Below, piece by piece: positions 21,770-33,734 of a stretch of DNA of 64,000 nucleotides. Source of the stretch: Selaginella moellendorffii. Lineage: Eukaryota > Plantae > Lycopodiophyta. A program made the translations under genes and the position numbers. The stretch spans positions 1,061,183-1,125,182 of the forward strand of contig NW_003314317.1 in assembly GCF_000143415.4 (NCBI RefSeq), in the 5' to 3' direction. Every line of letters starts with the position of its first letter. The first letter of the stretch is position 1. The notes beneath the pieces are model-generated. The model was given only the letters and a program-made list of their open reading frames with translations, was not told where the DNA came from and ran no database searches.

Positions 21770-24700
21770 CTCCCCCTTCAAGCTGAGGGTGCTTGACACT
21801 CCAAGTTGATTCCTCAGCTTGGTGAATGTGAGCTCCGAAAGTGGCTTGGTTAGAAGGTCTGCCAACTGATACTGTGAAGGAACGTATTCCAGGTGAAGAT
21901 CTCCGGCTGCTACATGTTCACAAATGAAGTGATGCTGCATGTCTATATGTTTCGTACGAGCATGAAACACAAGATTCTTTGACATGGCAATTGCACTTCT
22001 GCTGTCGCAATGCAGAATGGTCGCATCTGATTGCTGTTGATTGAGTTCTCCAAGTAATCGACGAAGCCAGATGATCTCCCTTGCTGCTGTACTGGCAGCT
22101 ACGTACTCTGCTTCTGCACTGGAAAGAGCAACCGTCGTTTGCTTCTTGCTTCCCCATGAAACCGGAGCACCAGCAATTATGAAGCAAATTCTAGAGGTTG
22201 AATGTTGTGTATCCAAGTTGCCAGCCCAATCTGCATCGCAGTAAGCTTGAAGAACAAGTTTGGACTGACCTGAGCATTTGTAAACTAGTCCATGAGCAGC
22301 CGTTCCTTTCAAATACCTCAAAACTCTCTTCGCCATCTGCCAATGATAACAACTCGGAGACTGCATGTATTGGCTGAGGAGACCAACGGCAAAGGAGATG
22401 TCGGGGTGAGTCATGTTGGCGAGGTAGAGTAGTCCTCCAACAAGCGATCGGTAGACCGAGGGCTGATCAAATAAATCATCCATCTTGCTTGTGAACTTGA
22501 TGCCAGTGACGACTGGTGTAGCCACGGAATTGCAACTTGTCATGTTGAACTGGTTGAGAAGCTTCTTCACATATTGGTGCTGTATGAGGGTGATTGTCCT
22601 GTCTGCTTCATCCATGTCTGCTTCATCCCTGTCAACTTCCATCCCTAACAGCTGCCGCACAGCTCCTAAGTCCTTCATCACAAACCTGACCATAAGCTTG
22701 ATCTTCACATCCTTCAAAACAGTGTCATTGTTGCTGACAATCAAATAGTTGTCCACATAAACTGCTATCACAACAAAGTGATCACCCTACTGAAGAAGAT
22801 ATAGATTTCTATCGCTGTTCAACCTCTACATACCAAGATCCATAAGAAAAGAATCCAAACATTCATACCACTGACGGGAAGCCTGCTTAAGGCCATAAAG
22901 AGCCTTGCGAAGCTTGTAGACGAGTTTGGAGCACCGTGATCCAAAAAACTCAAAGCCTGGGGGTTGCCGCATAAATATCTCCTCCTTCAAGTTCCCATTA
23001 AGGAAGGCTGTTTTTACATCCATGTGATGTGCGCACAAACCAAACTCCGCTGAAAAAGCCAGAAGCGTTCTGATACTTGTCTGCTTCACAATTGGTGAGA
23101 ACGTCTCATCAAAATCCACTCTAGGAACTTGTGAATATTCTTGAGCAACAAGTCTTTCTTTGTAATGCTGTACCAATCCATCAGGATTTCTGTGAAGCTT
23201 GAACACCCAGCGTGATCCAACAACTTCACGTCCTTTAGGAGCTTCCACCAAGTCATAAGTCTAGTTCTCATCAAGAGAATTCAACTCATCTTGCATTGCT
23301 GAAATCCACTTATCTGCATCAGGAGCTTGAATCGCCTGCTCAAAGTTGACTGGTTCAAAAGCTATTTCTATTGCTGCAAAAGACCATTGCTTGGGATGAG
23401 GTGCTCTGCTTGATCGTCCAGATGATGTCCGCCCACAGTTCTCCACATTGAATGGTAGATCACGTGTGAGCCTGTCAACTTCTCCAGTTTGTGCATGATG
23501 AGCAGCATCACCCTGTTCTTCAGGAAGAAAAGATCCAAAGACTGGTGTTGGATGATGATCTGCTAAAGGAGATGAGGGATAGATGATTGTCAGATCATTG
23601 TCATCTTCATCATCGTCTTCAACACCATCCCAACTCCATTCTTCCGGCATCCAGTTCATGTTTTGATCTGAGCTTCCTTCTTCTTGAACACGATCTTTAT
23701 AGAGTGTTCCTTCATCAAAACGAACGTCAGTGCTTACAAAAATTTGATGATTACCAGGCTGGTACAGGCGATATCCTTTTGAATTGGAATCGTATCCAAC
23801 AAGAAAGGCCAGATTGCTTCTGCTCTCCAATTTGCCGAGACGCTCATCCACCCTTTTTGCAAAGCTTAAACAACCAAAACACCTGAGATGCACCACCGAT
23901 TGTCTTTGACCAGTCCAAAGCTCTTCTGGGATCTTGTTGGGATTGCGAGAATGAGGGAGAAGGTTTTGAACATGCACAGCTGATCCAACTGCTTCAGCCC
24001 AGAGGAATTTTGGTAGTCCTGATTCTTGAAGGAAGCATCAAACTGCGTTCATGATTGTCCTATTCTTGCGCTCAGAGACTCCATTCTGTTGAGGGGTATG
24101 AGAGCAAGAGTGCTGATGAAAAATTCCTTGTTCAGCACAGAACTACTGAAAGGACTTGTTGACGTATTCCCCTCCTGAATCAGTATGTAAACAACCAACC
24201 CTTTGACCAGTTTTCACTTCAGCTTTTGCTACGAATTGCTTGAATTTGCTGAAGACTTCATCTTTGTGACGAAGAAAGAAGACGTCCATGTGCCTGGAGA
24301 AATCATCTGTAAATGTCACAAAATACTTCATGCCATTCTGAGCAAATAGTCGCATGGGTCCACAAACATCTGAGTGAATGAGCTTCAAGGGATGAGTGCT
24401 TCTGATCACAGCAAGTTTGAAAGTACGACGGGTTTGCTTGCCAAGAATGCAAGTGTGACATTTTGCTGAACTTTGAAGAACGTGGTCGTTGAAGCCATCC
24501 ACAAGCTCCTGCTTCTGCATACGCCTGATGAGAGGGGGATTGGCATGTGCAAGTCGAGAATGCCAGAGAGAACTATCTGCAGTCATGCATATCTCAGGAG
24601 CATTCGATTTTTCTCCAAAAGCTATCTCCTTCTCAAACAAGTTACCACATCTGGGAAAATGCAGTAATGGACGGCCATTTGCAAGAACTTGACATTGATG

Positions 24701-26118
24701 TTTGGAAAAATTCACATCCAGACCTTCATCTGTAAGCCTGGCTACAGAAACCAGATTCTTCACTACCTTTGGAACATACCACGCATTCTTCAAGAGCAGA
24801 GACTTTCTTCCCAGTGGAACTCGCACATCCCCAGTTGCGCGAACAGGTAAAATGCTTCCATCTCCCACACGAATGCACTTCCCTTTTGCAGTACGCAACT
24901 GCACAAAGTTCGACCCGCTTTGCATCAGGTGTCTCTCTGAACCTGAATCAATGGTCAGTTTTTCAGAAACATTTGGAACTGCTACCTCAGATGATGCTGC
25001 AAGTTCCTGTGTTTCCCCTTCCTGAGCATTTGCTGCGAGCCCTATGTTCATGCGCTGCAGCCAAGCTGCAACTGGGCAATCCTTGGAGTAGTGTCCTGGC
25101 ATCCCACAGGTCCAGCATTCCTGTTTGTTCTTGCCCAGAAAACAATCTTGAACTGCTACTTCTTTACCAGAATTCCCTGAATTCTGCTGCTGCTGCGGAT
25201 TTCCCCTAAACCCACGACCTCTGCCTCGTCCTCCTCTTCCACGGCCTCCTCTGCCTTGATGATTTCCAGCCCATAGAGCTGAATCAGTCCCTGATTGATT
25301 GATTGATGCAGAAGCATTTGATGTAGACTGTGAGATCAAAATATGGGAAGGGCTCTGATCAAAGTCCACAATCAAACCTTTCGCAGCCAGCTCCGAGCTT
25401 AAATTTTGCTCAGCTTGTTCAAAGTTGAGCGACATCATGCGAACAATAGGGACGAAAGAACTAAAAGACGAATCTTGCATGGCCTCGCAAAGTGCCAGAA
25501 CTTTCTTGCTTTCGTTGAACGCTGCTGGACTGCCTTCAAGCTCCATCCACAGATCTTGCATCTTGGCGAGGAACTCTTCAAAGTTCTCACCTGGATGAAA
25601 ACGGGTCTCACGAATGCAAGTCTTGACCATGTTGATCTTGGAGAGGGAAAGAACAGCATACTTGTTGTGGAGATGAGCCCAGATCTCACAAGCACACTTA
25701 TGATGCAAACGCATCATAAGGGCATCTGCAAGCTTAGAAAGAATCAATCCTTTTGCTCGAGATTCCTTCTTCTCCAGTGCAGCTTGTTCCCCTGGATCAA
25801 GCTGTTGTCGAGCTGCTGCAACAGAGGCACGAATTGCCTCTTCATCCACGACTTCTCCTTCCACCGAAGTTGAAGCTCCCAACACAGCAGGGGCTTGCTG
25901 CGTACGAGCATCTGCAGCGATTGTCAGTGGTGAAACGATTTCCCAGAGTTCTTCCATCTGCAGCACGCGCATCATTTTCTCGGACCAGGTGTTGAACCCT
26001 CTCCTCCCATCAAAGGCAGTGACTCCCTGAAGCAAGATCAATCCAACTTTGCTGCAGCTCATGATGTGAGGCACAAAGAAAGGAGAAGAAAGAGTTCAGA
26101 AACTGAGCTCCGATACCA

Positions 26119-26272
26119 AGAAAGAAAAGCGGAGCAAGAACAATGGATTTCACTTCGACACACCCATTGATTCATATATGGCTGTATATATATACAACTT
26201 CAACCAAATCGGAAATCACCAGAGATCTAATCATGATTCGGACTGTTTGTCGTGTTCATCATTATTCCTACA
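26119..26272 (-). repeat. Copia 5' LTR
   Basis: Direct repeat of 21616-21769, adjoining the PBS. Confidence 0.95.
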
Positions 26273-27664
26273 TAATACTTGGTTTGCTTATTCATATTAC
26301 TTCTCAGTTATTAATCATATTGATCAATTTAAAATTTATAGTTATGAACATGTTTATAATTTGGATTAATCTTAAACATTAGAATAAACTAAAATATACT
26401 AAGAAGTATTTAGGAATTTTATAAATTATAAATATATAATTAATCTAAATGAATAAAAACTATACAAAATAACTACCATAAAGGATGAATCCTATCTCCA
26501 AAGTGTCTTTTTCTTCCACGGATGACCCCACTTGCAATTTGTCGATCAAACACAGTGCAAAGATTAGATTGAACTTAACATTGGTACACAAATCAAACCT
26601 TTGCAATCAAAATTGATTTTTTCCTTCTCTCTCTCTCTCTCTACCAAAACTAGACCTACATTTTACTGTAGTTAACATATGATTATTGGCTCACTTCATT
26701 AGGGCTGATATTAAAGATGCCCTTCATGTTGCAAGGTTCAAATAAAAAATTACACTTTTTAAGAAAGGTAGAAAAATATTTTAACTATAAAAAAAAGTCA
26801 ATTAATTAATTTTGATGATAGATCAATTTAGGATAAAAACATTAACATTTCTGTATGATTATTCTTATAGCATGGTAATATTATAATTATAGTACTACAA
26901 TAAAAAACATAATAAACTTTTTCATCCAAATTTGTTAATTATTATAAAGCCCCACATTTAAATTACCATTAAACACATAAAACTCTACCACCAAATTCAA
27001 TTATTTATTACCCTTCTATAGCAATAAATATATGCATTATATATTACAATATATGCAAATTTATTTTTTTGTTTAAGTTGCATGCAAAACAATTATACAC
27101 ACAATCACTTTTCAATTGCGATATAAAAAATTGAAACATGATTATTTGTATAATTGTTTTTATTATAGGATATGCTATGGGGCATGACACCTTAGATTAT
27201 CATGCAAGACCATATCAAACAACATGAAGTCACTACAAATTTAGTGGGGCTTTTTTTTATTTTATTTTTATGTTATTGAGTGTAAATTTATGATTTTCTA
27301 ACTATGATTAATCTCTCTCCTCCTTTGTGCATTATGTCATTCGCCTTTCATTTTGCATGGCTATGCTTTATTTTCTGTAGCTTGGAGGCATTTTCAATTG
27401 TAGCATGCATTAATGTAAACACAATGCTTTGATCACTTTTGCAAGTGCTTTTCATTTATCATAACTTATTTGTAACATAACACTTTAATTTATATAGTGA
27501 TTGATTCTTGTAAAGGCAAGTATGATCAATTAAAGCGTAGAAGTGAATGCAAAGTTTTTCTTTGAATACTTAAAGTGTTAAATGCAATAGTTTTTCTGTG
27601 AGCAAGTGGATTTTATTGTAGCTACAATAAAACATTAGTTCCATTGACTTCTTACATTCTTAAT

Positions 27665-27692
<28 letters not shown>
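27665..27692. repeat. (CA)n microsatellite
   Basis: About 14 CA units. Confidence 0.95.
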
Positions 27693-27695
<3 letters not shown>

Positions 27696-27969
27696 TTATA
27701 GTGATTTGTTGCACTTGGGCATGTTGGTTTAAGGTATTTGGTGTAGTTTTATTATAAATTTTATTATTTTTACTGATATATAAATTGATATGAGTTTTGG
27801 TAAGAAAGAAAGTGAAACTGATATATTTTATATAGTAGTTTTACTTCATGGTTTTTCTTACTAGTTTGTTTGATATGTAGTTTATAACAGTTATTTTATA
27901 TAGTAGTTCATAGTTTATCTACTAGTTTCACATATAGTTTGATATATTGCTTATATGCTAGGTTATTTC

Positions 27970-29622
27970 AGTTTTGTAGGTTCCCTAGATACGTCTCACC
28001 ATCTCAGCCAATAAGCGCTGCATACGAGCCTGCAGCTTCTCATTAGGCAGGTGACTGCAAACAGACACGTCAGTGGAGAAGCAAAGAAATATTTCATTTT
28101 CTTACCTTAGTTCTTCCTCCACTTCAGGAGCCCCACTCACACGGCCTTGCAACTTGATGAAGGCTTTCCGTCTCCAAAATGCTCTTCTGGCATCGTTAGG
28201 CCGCCATGATGGAACTCCAGCTATTCGCGTCCGGAGTCTCATTTCTTTATGGAGGCCATGCTAAGAGTCGTCGTTGGTGATAAAGTTCCCAGTTGGTAAG
28301 GGGTACCACTAAAAAAAACAAAGTACAAGATTGAATTGCGCAAAATTAAATTGACCATACCTTTTCAGCGATATAGAAGTCCCCCACAAGGTATTTGTTC
28401 GTGGGATATCGCTTGGGATGATAATCATTCCAAAGTTCCAGTTCTGCGATTCCATCGTCAAGGGACTTGATCAAATCCGATTCGCTCTTGGGCTCTACTC
28501 CTTTCTCCTCGCAATGTTCTGCAAAATACTGATGAAGAACAAGGTTTCAGGCACAGCCTCATCATGTACCGGTATAGCGAAGATACGAGGCTAGCGAGAT
28601 TGTGTTTTCGGAGACTTCCACGAGGCCATGCACGTCTAGAACACCATACGTGTAAGAGGAGCCACCAAAGATAGGAAGGTAAACTGGGTCGTAGTGGCCA
28701 TGGGCAATGTTGTGCCGAACTTCGACTCGGCCATACCCAACATTCTGTGAGCATAGAAACCAAAATAAGCAAAAGAAATGAGAAAAATGGAAGCCTGCAC
28801 CTGAAAGACTGCTTGGTCGGATTCATTTGCCTTACACTCAGCGATGAAGGGGCACAGCTCGGCCTTCAGTTGGCCCTTCTTCCTCTTGGATAGCTTTGGA
28901 TCTTTGAAAACGCAAGGCTTGTGTGTCCTGAACTTGATGTCCGTCCTCGCGTGCTCCGGCAAACCAAGCTCATCCTCGTTCGCCTCGGTAACTCCTTCCC
29001 TCTCAGATCCCGTAGAAAAGCTGGAACTATCCTGTAACAGTCATATACTTCCTGTCATCTCTCATTACATGCAAGCATACGTACCATGATGCCAATCTCC
29101 ACAGCAAAGCCTTGGAGAGCGTCGTCGTCAAGCTGCTGCAAGTGCTGGACCGTTTGCAGCCCATTCATGTCACCACGCATTCGGAGCCTTTCCTTAAGAT
29201 CTCGAAGCTCCGTTTCGGAGGGGGTGGACATCCAGTAGAACATCTCAACAAGGGCGAGATGCCACGGCCGCATGTTCCCCTCGGTTCTCTGCTTGGCGTA
29301 GACGCTAGCATCACAAGGCCCTCAGTTAGCATCAAACAAGTCCAGGAGCAAAAGGGTTCTCTCGGACAACGAACCTTTCCACCACTGCGAGGCGCTCCCA
29401 CAGGAGGCTTACGACGGTATCCATCGTGTCTTTGGCTATCAAGCCGCCAAAGAATTTGTTCTTTGTGCCCAGTGCTTGCAGCGAGCCCTCCGTCTCCCAG
29501 ATCGTGACAAAGGGCTCCACTGCCCGCAACACCCCAATGTGGTACGAGCTTTCTGGCACATCGAATGGATTTCCTTTCCTTCCCTTACCAGTATCGGCGC
29601 TGCGCTTGCGCTTCCCCGCCAT
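27970..29622 (-). pseudogene. Multi-exon gene of unknown family with an N-terminal NLS, apparently disrupted
   Basis: GC-rich island in AT-rich DNA. Starts MAGKRKRS, has several plausible GT-AG introns joining ORF pieces (29622-29410, 29300-29085, 29030-28800 and others), and has in-frame stops in the distal exons. Confidence 0.4.
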
Positions 29623-30068
29623 TAGGGTAAACGATAGTTCTTAAAATTTACATATGCCGTGATCGGACGGTCGGTTATGCATGTTTACCTTTTGGGTGAG
29701 TAAATAACTTTTGCTTAGCTAGAATATTCGACAAATATTGCTGGGAAACAACTCAAGGTACCTATCTCATTTGAAGAACCTGGTTTTGCCTGCTCGATTT
29801 TCAGGCTAAGCAGCAGCAATGTCCGAGCAGACTCTCATCGACCAATAGCTGAGCTCAATGATAAAGATTGATTCCAGGAGATGGATATATTCTTTTTTTC
29901 GCCTCCCAATAGCCCTCTTCCTCCATTTTCTCGTTCTTCGAATCCTCTCCTACCGCAAGCCCCTGGCGGCGCCGGAGAACGCATCGATGCTGCCAGAGAT
30001 GTTCCCGAGCAATCTGCTAATATAAAAAAAGCTTGAAGCGGAGAAGAGAAACAAAAAAAAGAGAAATA

Positions 30069-30246
30069 TTACCTCTTGCGACGCTGGAGAACGAAATCCT
30101 CAGCTGTGCCTCGCAGAAGTTGTATTGTCTCGCCACGAATGGGCCAGCCTCGATCCCCTGGCGGTGTTTGTATGGAACCACTCTTTCTTCTTGAAGATAC
30201 AAGGAATGCAGCCGCCACAGGGATCACAAGCAGCAAGGAGAGCCAT
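30069..30246 (-). pseudogene. Orphan first exon of a CYP85-clan P450
   Basis: LLLVIPVAAAFLVSSRRKSGSIQTPPGDRGWPIRGETIQLLRGTAEDFVLQRRKR followed by the same intron donor as the intact P450. No P450 exon 2 follows. Confidence 0.85.
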
Positions 30247-30506
30247 AACCTCACCTGATAGCTTCTTGCAGTGTTTCGGACCAAACGAGGACTTCTGTAA
30301 CTTTTTCCGTTTCGGCAATTTCTCAAAAGAAATCCCGACTTATGTTACTCATCAAATGAGAATCTGGAACACGCCAAATGTCTTTTGACAGCATAAGAAA
30401 CGTTGACATCACCTCGAGCGAGCTATTTAATCTGCATTTTCCAGTTATTGACACGTCTGTAAATCCACAAAATTATAAGATCGATCATAAGCAGCGTAGC
30501 TTAGCT

Positions 30507-31597
30507 TCAAAGCAAGTGCTTTCGGAACCAAGCTATAAAGTCTTCGTGAGCCTCCTCTGCGTTCTTCACGGCGTTTTCGCTATTCACATCGTAGCGGACA
30601 GTCCAGCCATGAGCAGTTCCTGGGAAAACCTTGACAAAGTGATCCTGCGGAGGCAAGGGATTGTCAGATGAACAAAGGAAAAGAACAAGAAAACGAGTGG
30701 AAGGAGAAAACTTTACCTGGTTTCCATGCTCGAGGTGTTTCTTAAATTCATTCACCATATCTACTGGCGTTACATGATCGGTTTCAGCGGCGAGGATCGC
30801 CAGTGGTGCCTTGCACGCTGCATAGAAAATTTCTCTCACTTCTTAGCATTTAGCAAGGAGAAACAGCGGAAACTTGGCCAACCTTTTATATCGTCTATAG
30901 TAACCATCGAAGGGTGGCACATCACAAGTGCATTGCAGGTGGTTTCCTTGGAAGCAAGGATTACAACCTTGGCTGCAAGAAAAAAAAAAGAGAGTAAAAA
31001 AACGCGTTCTTTCTCTGGGACGAAAGAACAATGAAGAAGATTACCTCCCCAGCAAAATCCGGATAAGCCTATAGAAGTTATGCCTTTGGACTGAAGCACA
31101 GACACAAGCTTCTTGCAGTCTTCCAGTGGTTTGAGCTGGATCAAAAACAGAAAATCAATCGACAAATCGAAAAGAGAGAAGCAAAAAGCTTTACGTGGGG
31201 TTTATGGCCTTGAATCCATGTTTGAACCGGCCCGGAAGCATCGGGATCGAAGAAATCCCCGTACAAAAGATCAGGAGCCACGGCAACAAATCCAGCAGCC
31301 GCGACTTTGTCAGCGAGCTTCCTGAGAGCAAGGGAAGGAGAAATCAAGAGCAAAATGAGAATGCCGCCATATACCTGAACAGTGGAGCCTTCCATCCTGA
31401 TTGCCGGAAAGAAAATTTAGTCCTAGGAATCAAAGCTAGGGATGGAAATTACCAAAGACATCGGAGACCAGAATGACTGCGGCAGTGGAGGACGCCGGGT
31501 GATTGACATAGACATCGATTCCCCCCCAGGATTCTTCGCCGCCAACGGACGAATGCGTCGCTGGAGGAGCCGGAACGCAGCACTCGGGGCCAGCCAT
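30507..31597 (-). CDS. Dienelactone-hydrolase-family alpha/beta hydrolase (endo-1,3;1,4-beta-glucanase-like), about 7 exons
   Basis: MAGPECC start, ILVSDVFG, RKLADKVAAAGF..VAPDLLYGD, nucleophile motif GFCWGA, AETD, catalytic His in FPGTAHGWTVRY. Confidence 0.9.
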
Positions 31598-31866
31598 AGC
31601 CAAATATTTTGCTCCAAAATAAAAAACCTCGTGAGCAATTTAAACTCCTATGAATGAAGCAAAGGTTAAACCTTGACCGTTCTAGAAAATTCTATTATCT
31701 TCTACTAGCACATCCCTCGAAAGCCTGCAATCGCCTTGATCTTCCAGGAAATTTTTCGTGATGTTCCAAACATTTCATGATCTTGTACTAGCACACTTTT
31801 GGCTTTGCGCCATGACTTCCCAAAAATTTTCTACAGTGAAGTGGGAATCACAAGAAAAAATTGGTG

Positions 31867-31951
31867 TCCGATCTGCTGGAATCGAACCAGCGGCCTAAGG
31901 ATTTCTGGAGCGCACTACAGTCCTCCGCTCTACCAACTGAGCTAAGATCGG
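31867..31951 (-). tRNA. tRNA-Tyr(GUA) with 12-nt intron
   Basis: CCGATCTTAGCTCAGTTGGTAGAGCGGAGGACTGTAG[tgcgctccagaa]ATCCTTAGGCCGCTGGTTCGATTCCAGCAGATCGGA. Confidence 0.93.
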
Positions 31952-32042
31952 ATGCTTGAACAAGGCTCTGACAAGAAGAAAGTTGTCAGTGCTCGAATAT
32001 GCAATGCCTATAGAGGAGTGATCAAATTGTAAGCAACCACTC

Positions 32043-32128
32043 TCCGATCTGCCGGAATCGAACCAGCGACCTAAGGATGTCTGACCAGACACTACAGTCC
32101 TCCGCTCTACCAACTGAGCTAAGATCGG
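32043..32128 (-). tRNA. tRNA-Tyr(GUA) with 13-nt intron
   Basis: Same tRNA body; intron tgtctggtcagac. Confidence 0.95.
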
Positions 32129-32338
32129 CTTGGAAAAAAACTCCCATTTAAGATTAATTAAGCGGAAGGGTCCCCTTGAAAAATATCATTCGAGCCTATC
32201 CGAAGCGATAAAGCGAAGAAATATCTCTACCCGTAGAGTTCTCTTTTTCTAGCTATCGCTTCTACCTAGCTGACTGGCAGGTGGATAGATCCAGGATTTG
32301 AAGAGCTAGGGTTCTTTGGCGCGTGGGATCGAGAAGCG

Positions 32339-33052
32339 ATGAAGCCTAGCCGGAGCGATGAGATCCAGTCCCCCGAGGCCGAGCAGCGGCGTGCAAAGGA
32401 GGTCCAGGCGCACTTTGAATTGATAGCGCCCAAGCGCCCGATCAAGCCGGCGCGCAGCGAGCCTGGCAGCAATGCTGGAGGCGCCATAGCTGCTGCTGAC
32501 GCTCCGGCGGATCAGCAGATTCCAGAGCACGCCAAGCTCTTGGATCTCGAGGCTCGGTCGGAGGTAGGGGATTGTTTGAAGATCGGGATTTCGCATGAGA
32601 GTGGCTGAAATTCTTTTTCTTCCAGCCTTTGAACACTCGTGGTGGGCTTGTTGGAGACGACAGCTACGCCGAGAACGAGTACTACAAGGATTTGATCGCG
32701 GCGGAGAATGGGCAGCATCACACGGTCAGTCAGTCCTTCGCTACTGCCAATTTTCTTCTTTCTTGTGCGTGATTGATGGATCCATGAATTCTATGTTGGC
32801 AATTCTTCCACAGACTGGAACTGGATTCATTGATGCGGGGGCTGCTCAAGGCTCCTCCTCATTCCAGCTTGTGGATGATTATGGCAACGCTCCATTTTCA
32901 TCCAATTCTGTCAAATCCAACCCCGCAACCAACGATTGGGTGCCTGCTCCGGTAAGAAATTCGCGAATACCAGGCCTCGATTCTCACTGATTGGGATCAA
33001 ACACTGCCAGGGACTGGCACCATCGACCAAACCACGACGACGAAGCAATTAA
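32339..33052 (+). CDS. MEE59: MEE59-like protein; exons 32339-32563, 32626-32724, 32814-32951, 33011-33052
   Basis: KPSRSD, APKRPIKPARSE, IPE, EYYKDL, QHHTTGTGFI and NPATNDWVP motifs. Three phase-0 GT-AG introns give an open frame. Confidence 0.8.
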
Positions 33053-33160
33053 AAACACAAATCAAAGAAGACGCAAAGAGAAGATAAGATTGTTTATTCT
33101 ATTGAAAGCAAAGGAACACAAATAAAACAAAGCAAGTGAATCTTTGTCATAATCGTCACC

Positions 33161-33233
33161 CGCCGCCTGTGAGAATCGAACCCACGACCACGTGGTTAAA
33201 AGCCACGCGCTCTACCTGCTGAGCTAAGACTGA
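33161..33233 (-). tRNA. tRNA-Lys(UUU), probably a pseudogene (acceptor stem mismatched)
   Basis: Intact D, anticodon (CTTTTAA) and T arms. The 5' TCAGTCT vs 3' AGGCGGC pairing gives mismatches at 1:72 and 3:70. Confidence 0.75.
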
Positions 33234-33734
33234 TAATCCGGAATGCGATATTTGGAAGCTCAAGTACGCAGCGGGCTTGAATGAGCAATACGAAACCAAC
33301 ATATAAATAGATTGATTGATCAAACATGATCCAAACACAATAGATAATAGCAAGAACCACAAAAGATAATAGGAAGATCTCTCTCTCTCAGACACACACA
33401 CACCCTCATACACGCAAAAGAAAGAAACAAACAGCAGCAAGCACACATATATTACCTGGGAGGCCAGCGCTCTCTCAACACGGACCTTGGTGCAAATCGA
33501 ACTTCCCAGCGGCAGAATAAAAAGTCCGATCCTCTTCCTTTGGCTGACCTCACCAGTAGAGCAGCAAGACTTAAGACTTAGACCATACGATAGATACGCA
33601 GACCAAACCGTTGAAAACCCCCCATCTTCTTCTCCTTCGCAAGATTCTCCATCGTCCTTTCCCTCGGCTGGAGCTTCCAAACTTCTTCCAAAAGGAAGAA
33701 CTTTGATCGATCGAGCTCGAGCGCGAGCGCGAGC

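Larger units (their letters stand above)
21616..26272 (-). mobile_element. Full-length Ty1/Copia LTR retrotransposon, inactivated by in-frame stops
   Basis: 154-bp LTRs at 21616-21769 and 26119-26272; tRNA-iMet PBS TGGTATCGGAGC adjoining the 5' LTR; PPT at about 21770-21782; gag (CWTCGMPGHYSKDC), protease (IDSGS), integrase (HSDVCGP, TDSGGEY), RT (HMDVKTAFLNG, YVDN), RNase H (YCDADWAG, QLADLLTK); flanked by TAATAC on both sides. Confidence 0.97.

Noticed and set aside
22780-24145. Programmed stop-codon read-through in Copia pol
   Set aside because: There are several scattered stops plus a YVDD>YVDN catalytic change; simple decay explains them.
33156-33680. 174-aa ORF downstream of UFO
   Set aside because: It runs through GA/GT microsatellites and the tRNA-Lys; most likely 3' UTR or intergenic sequence.
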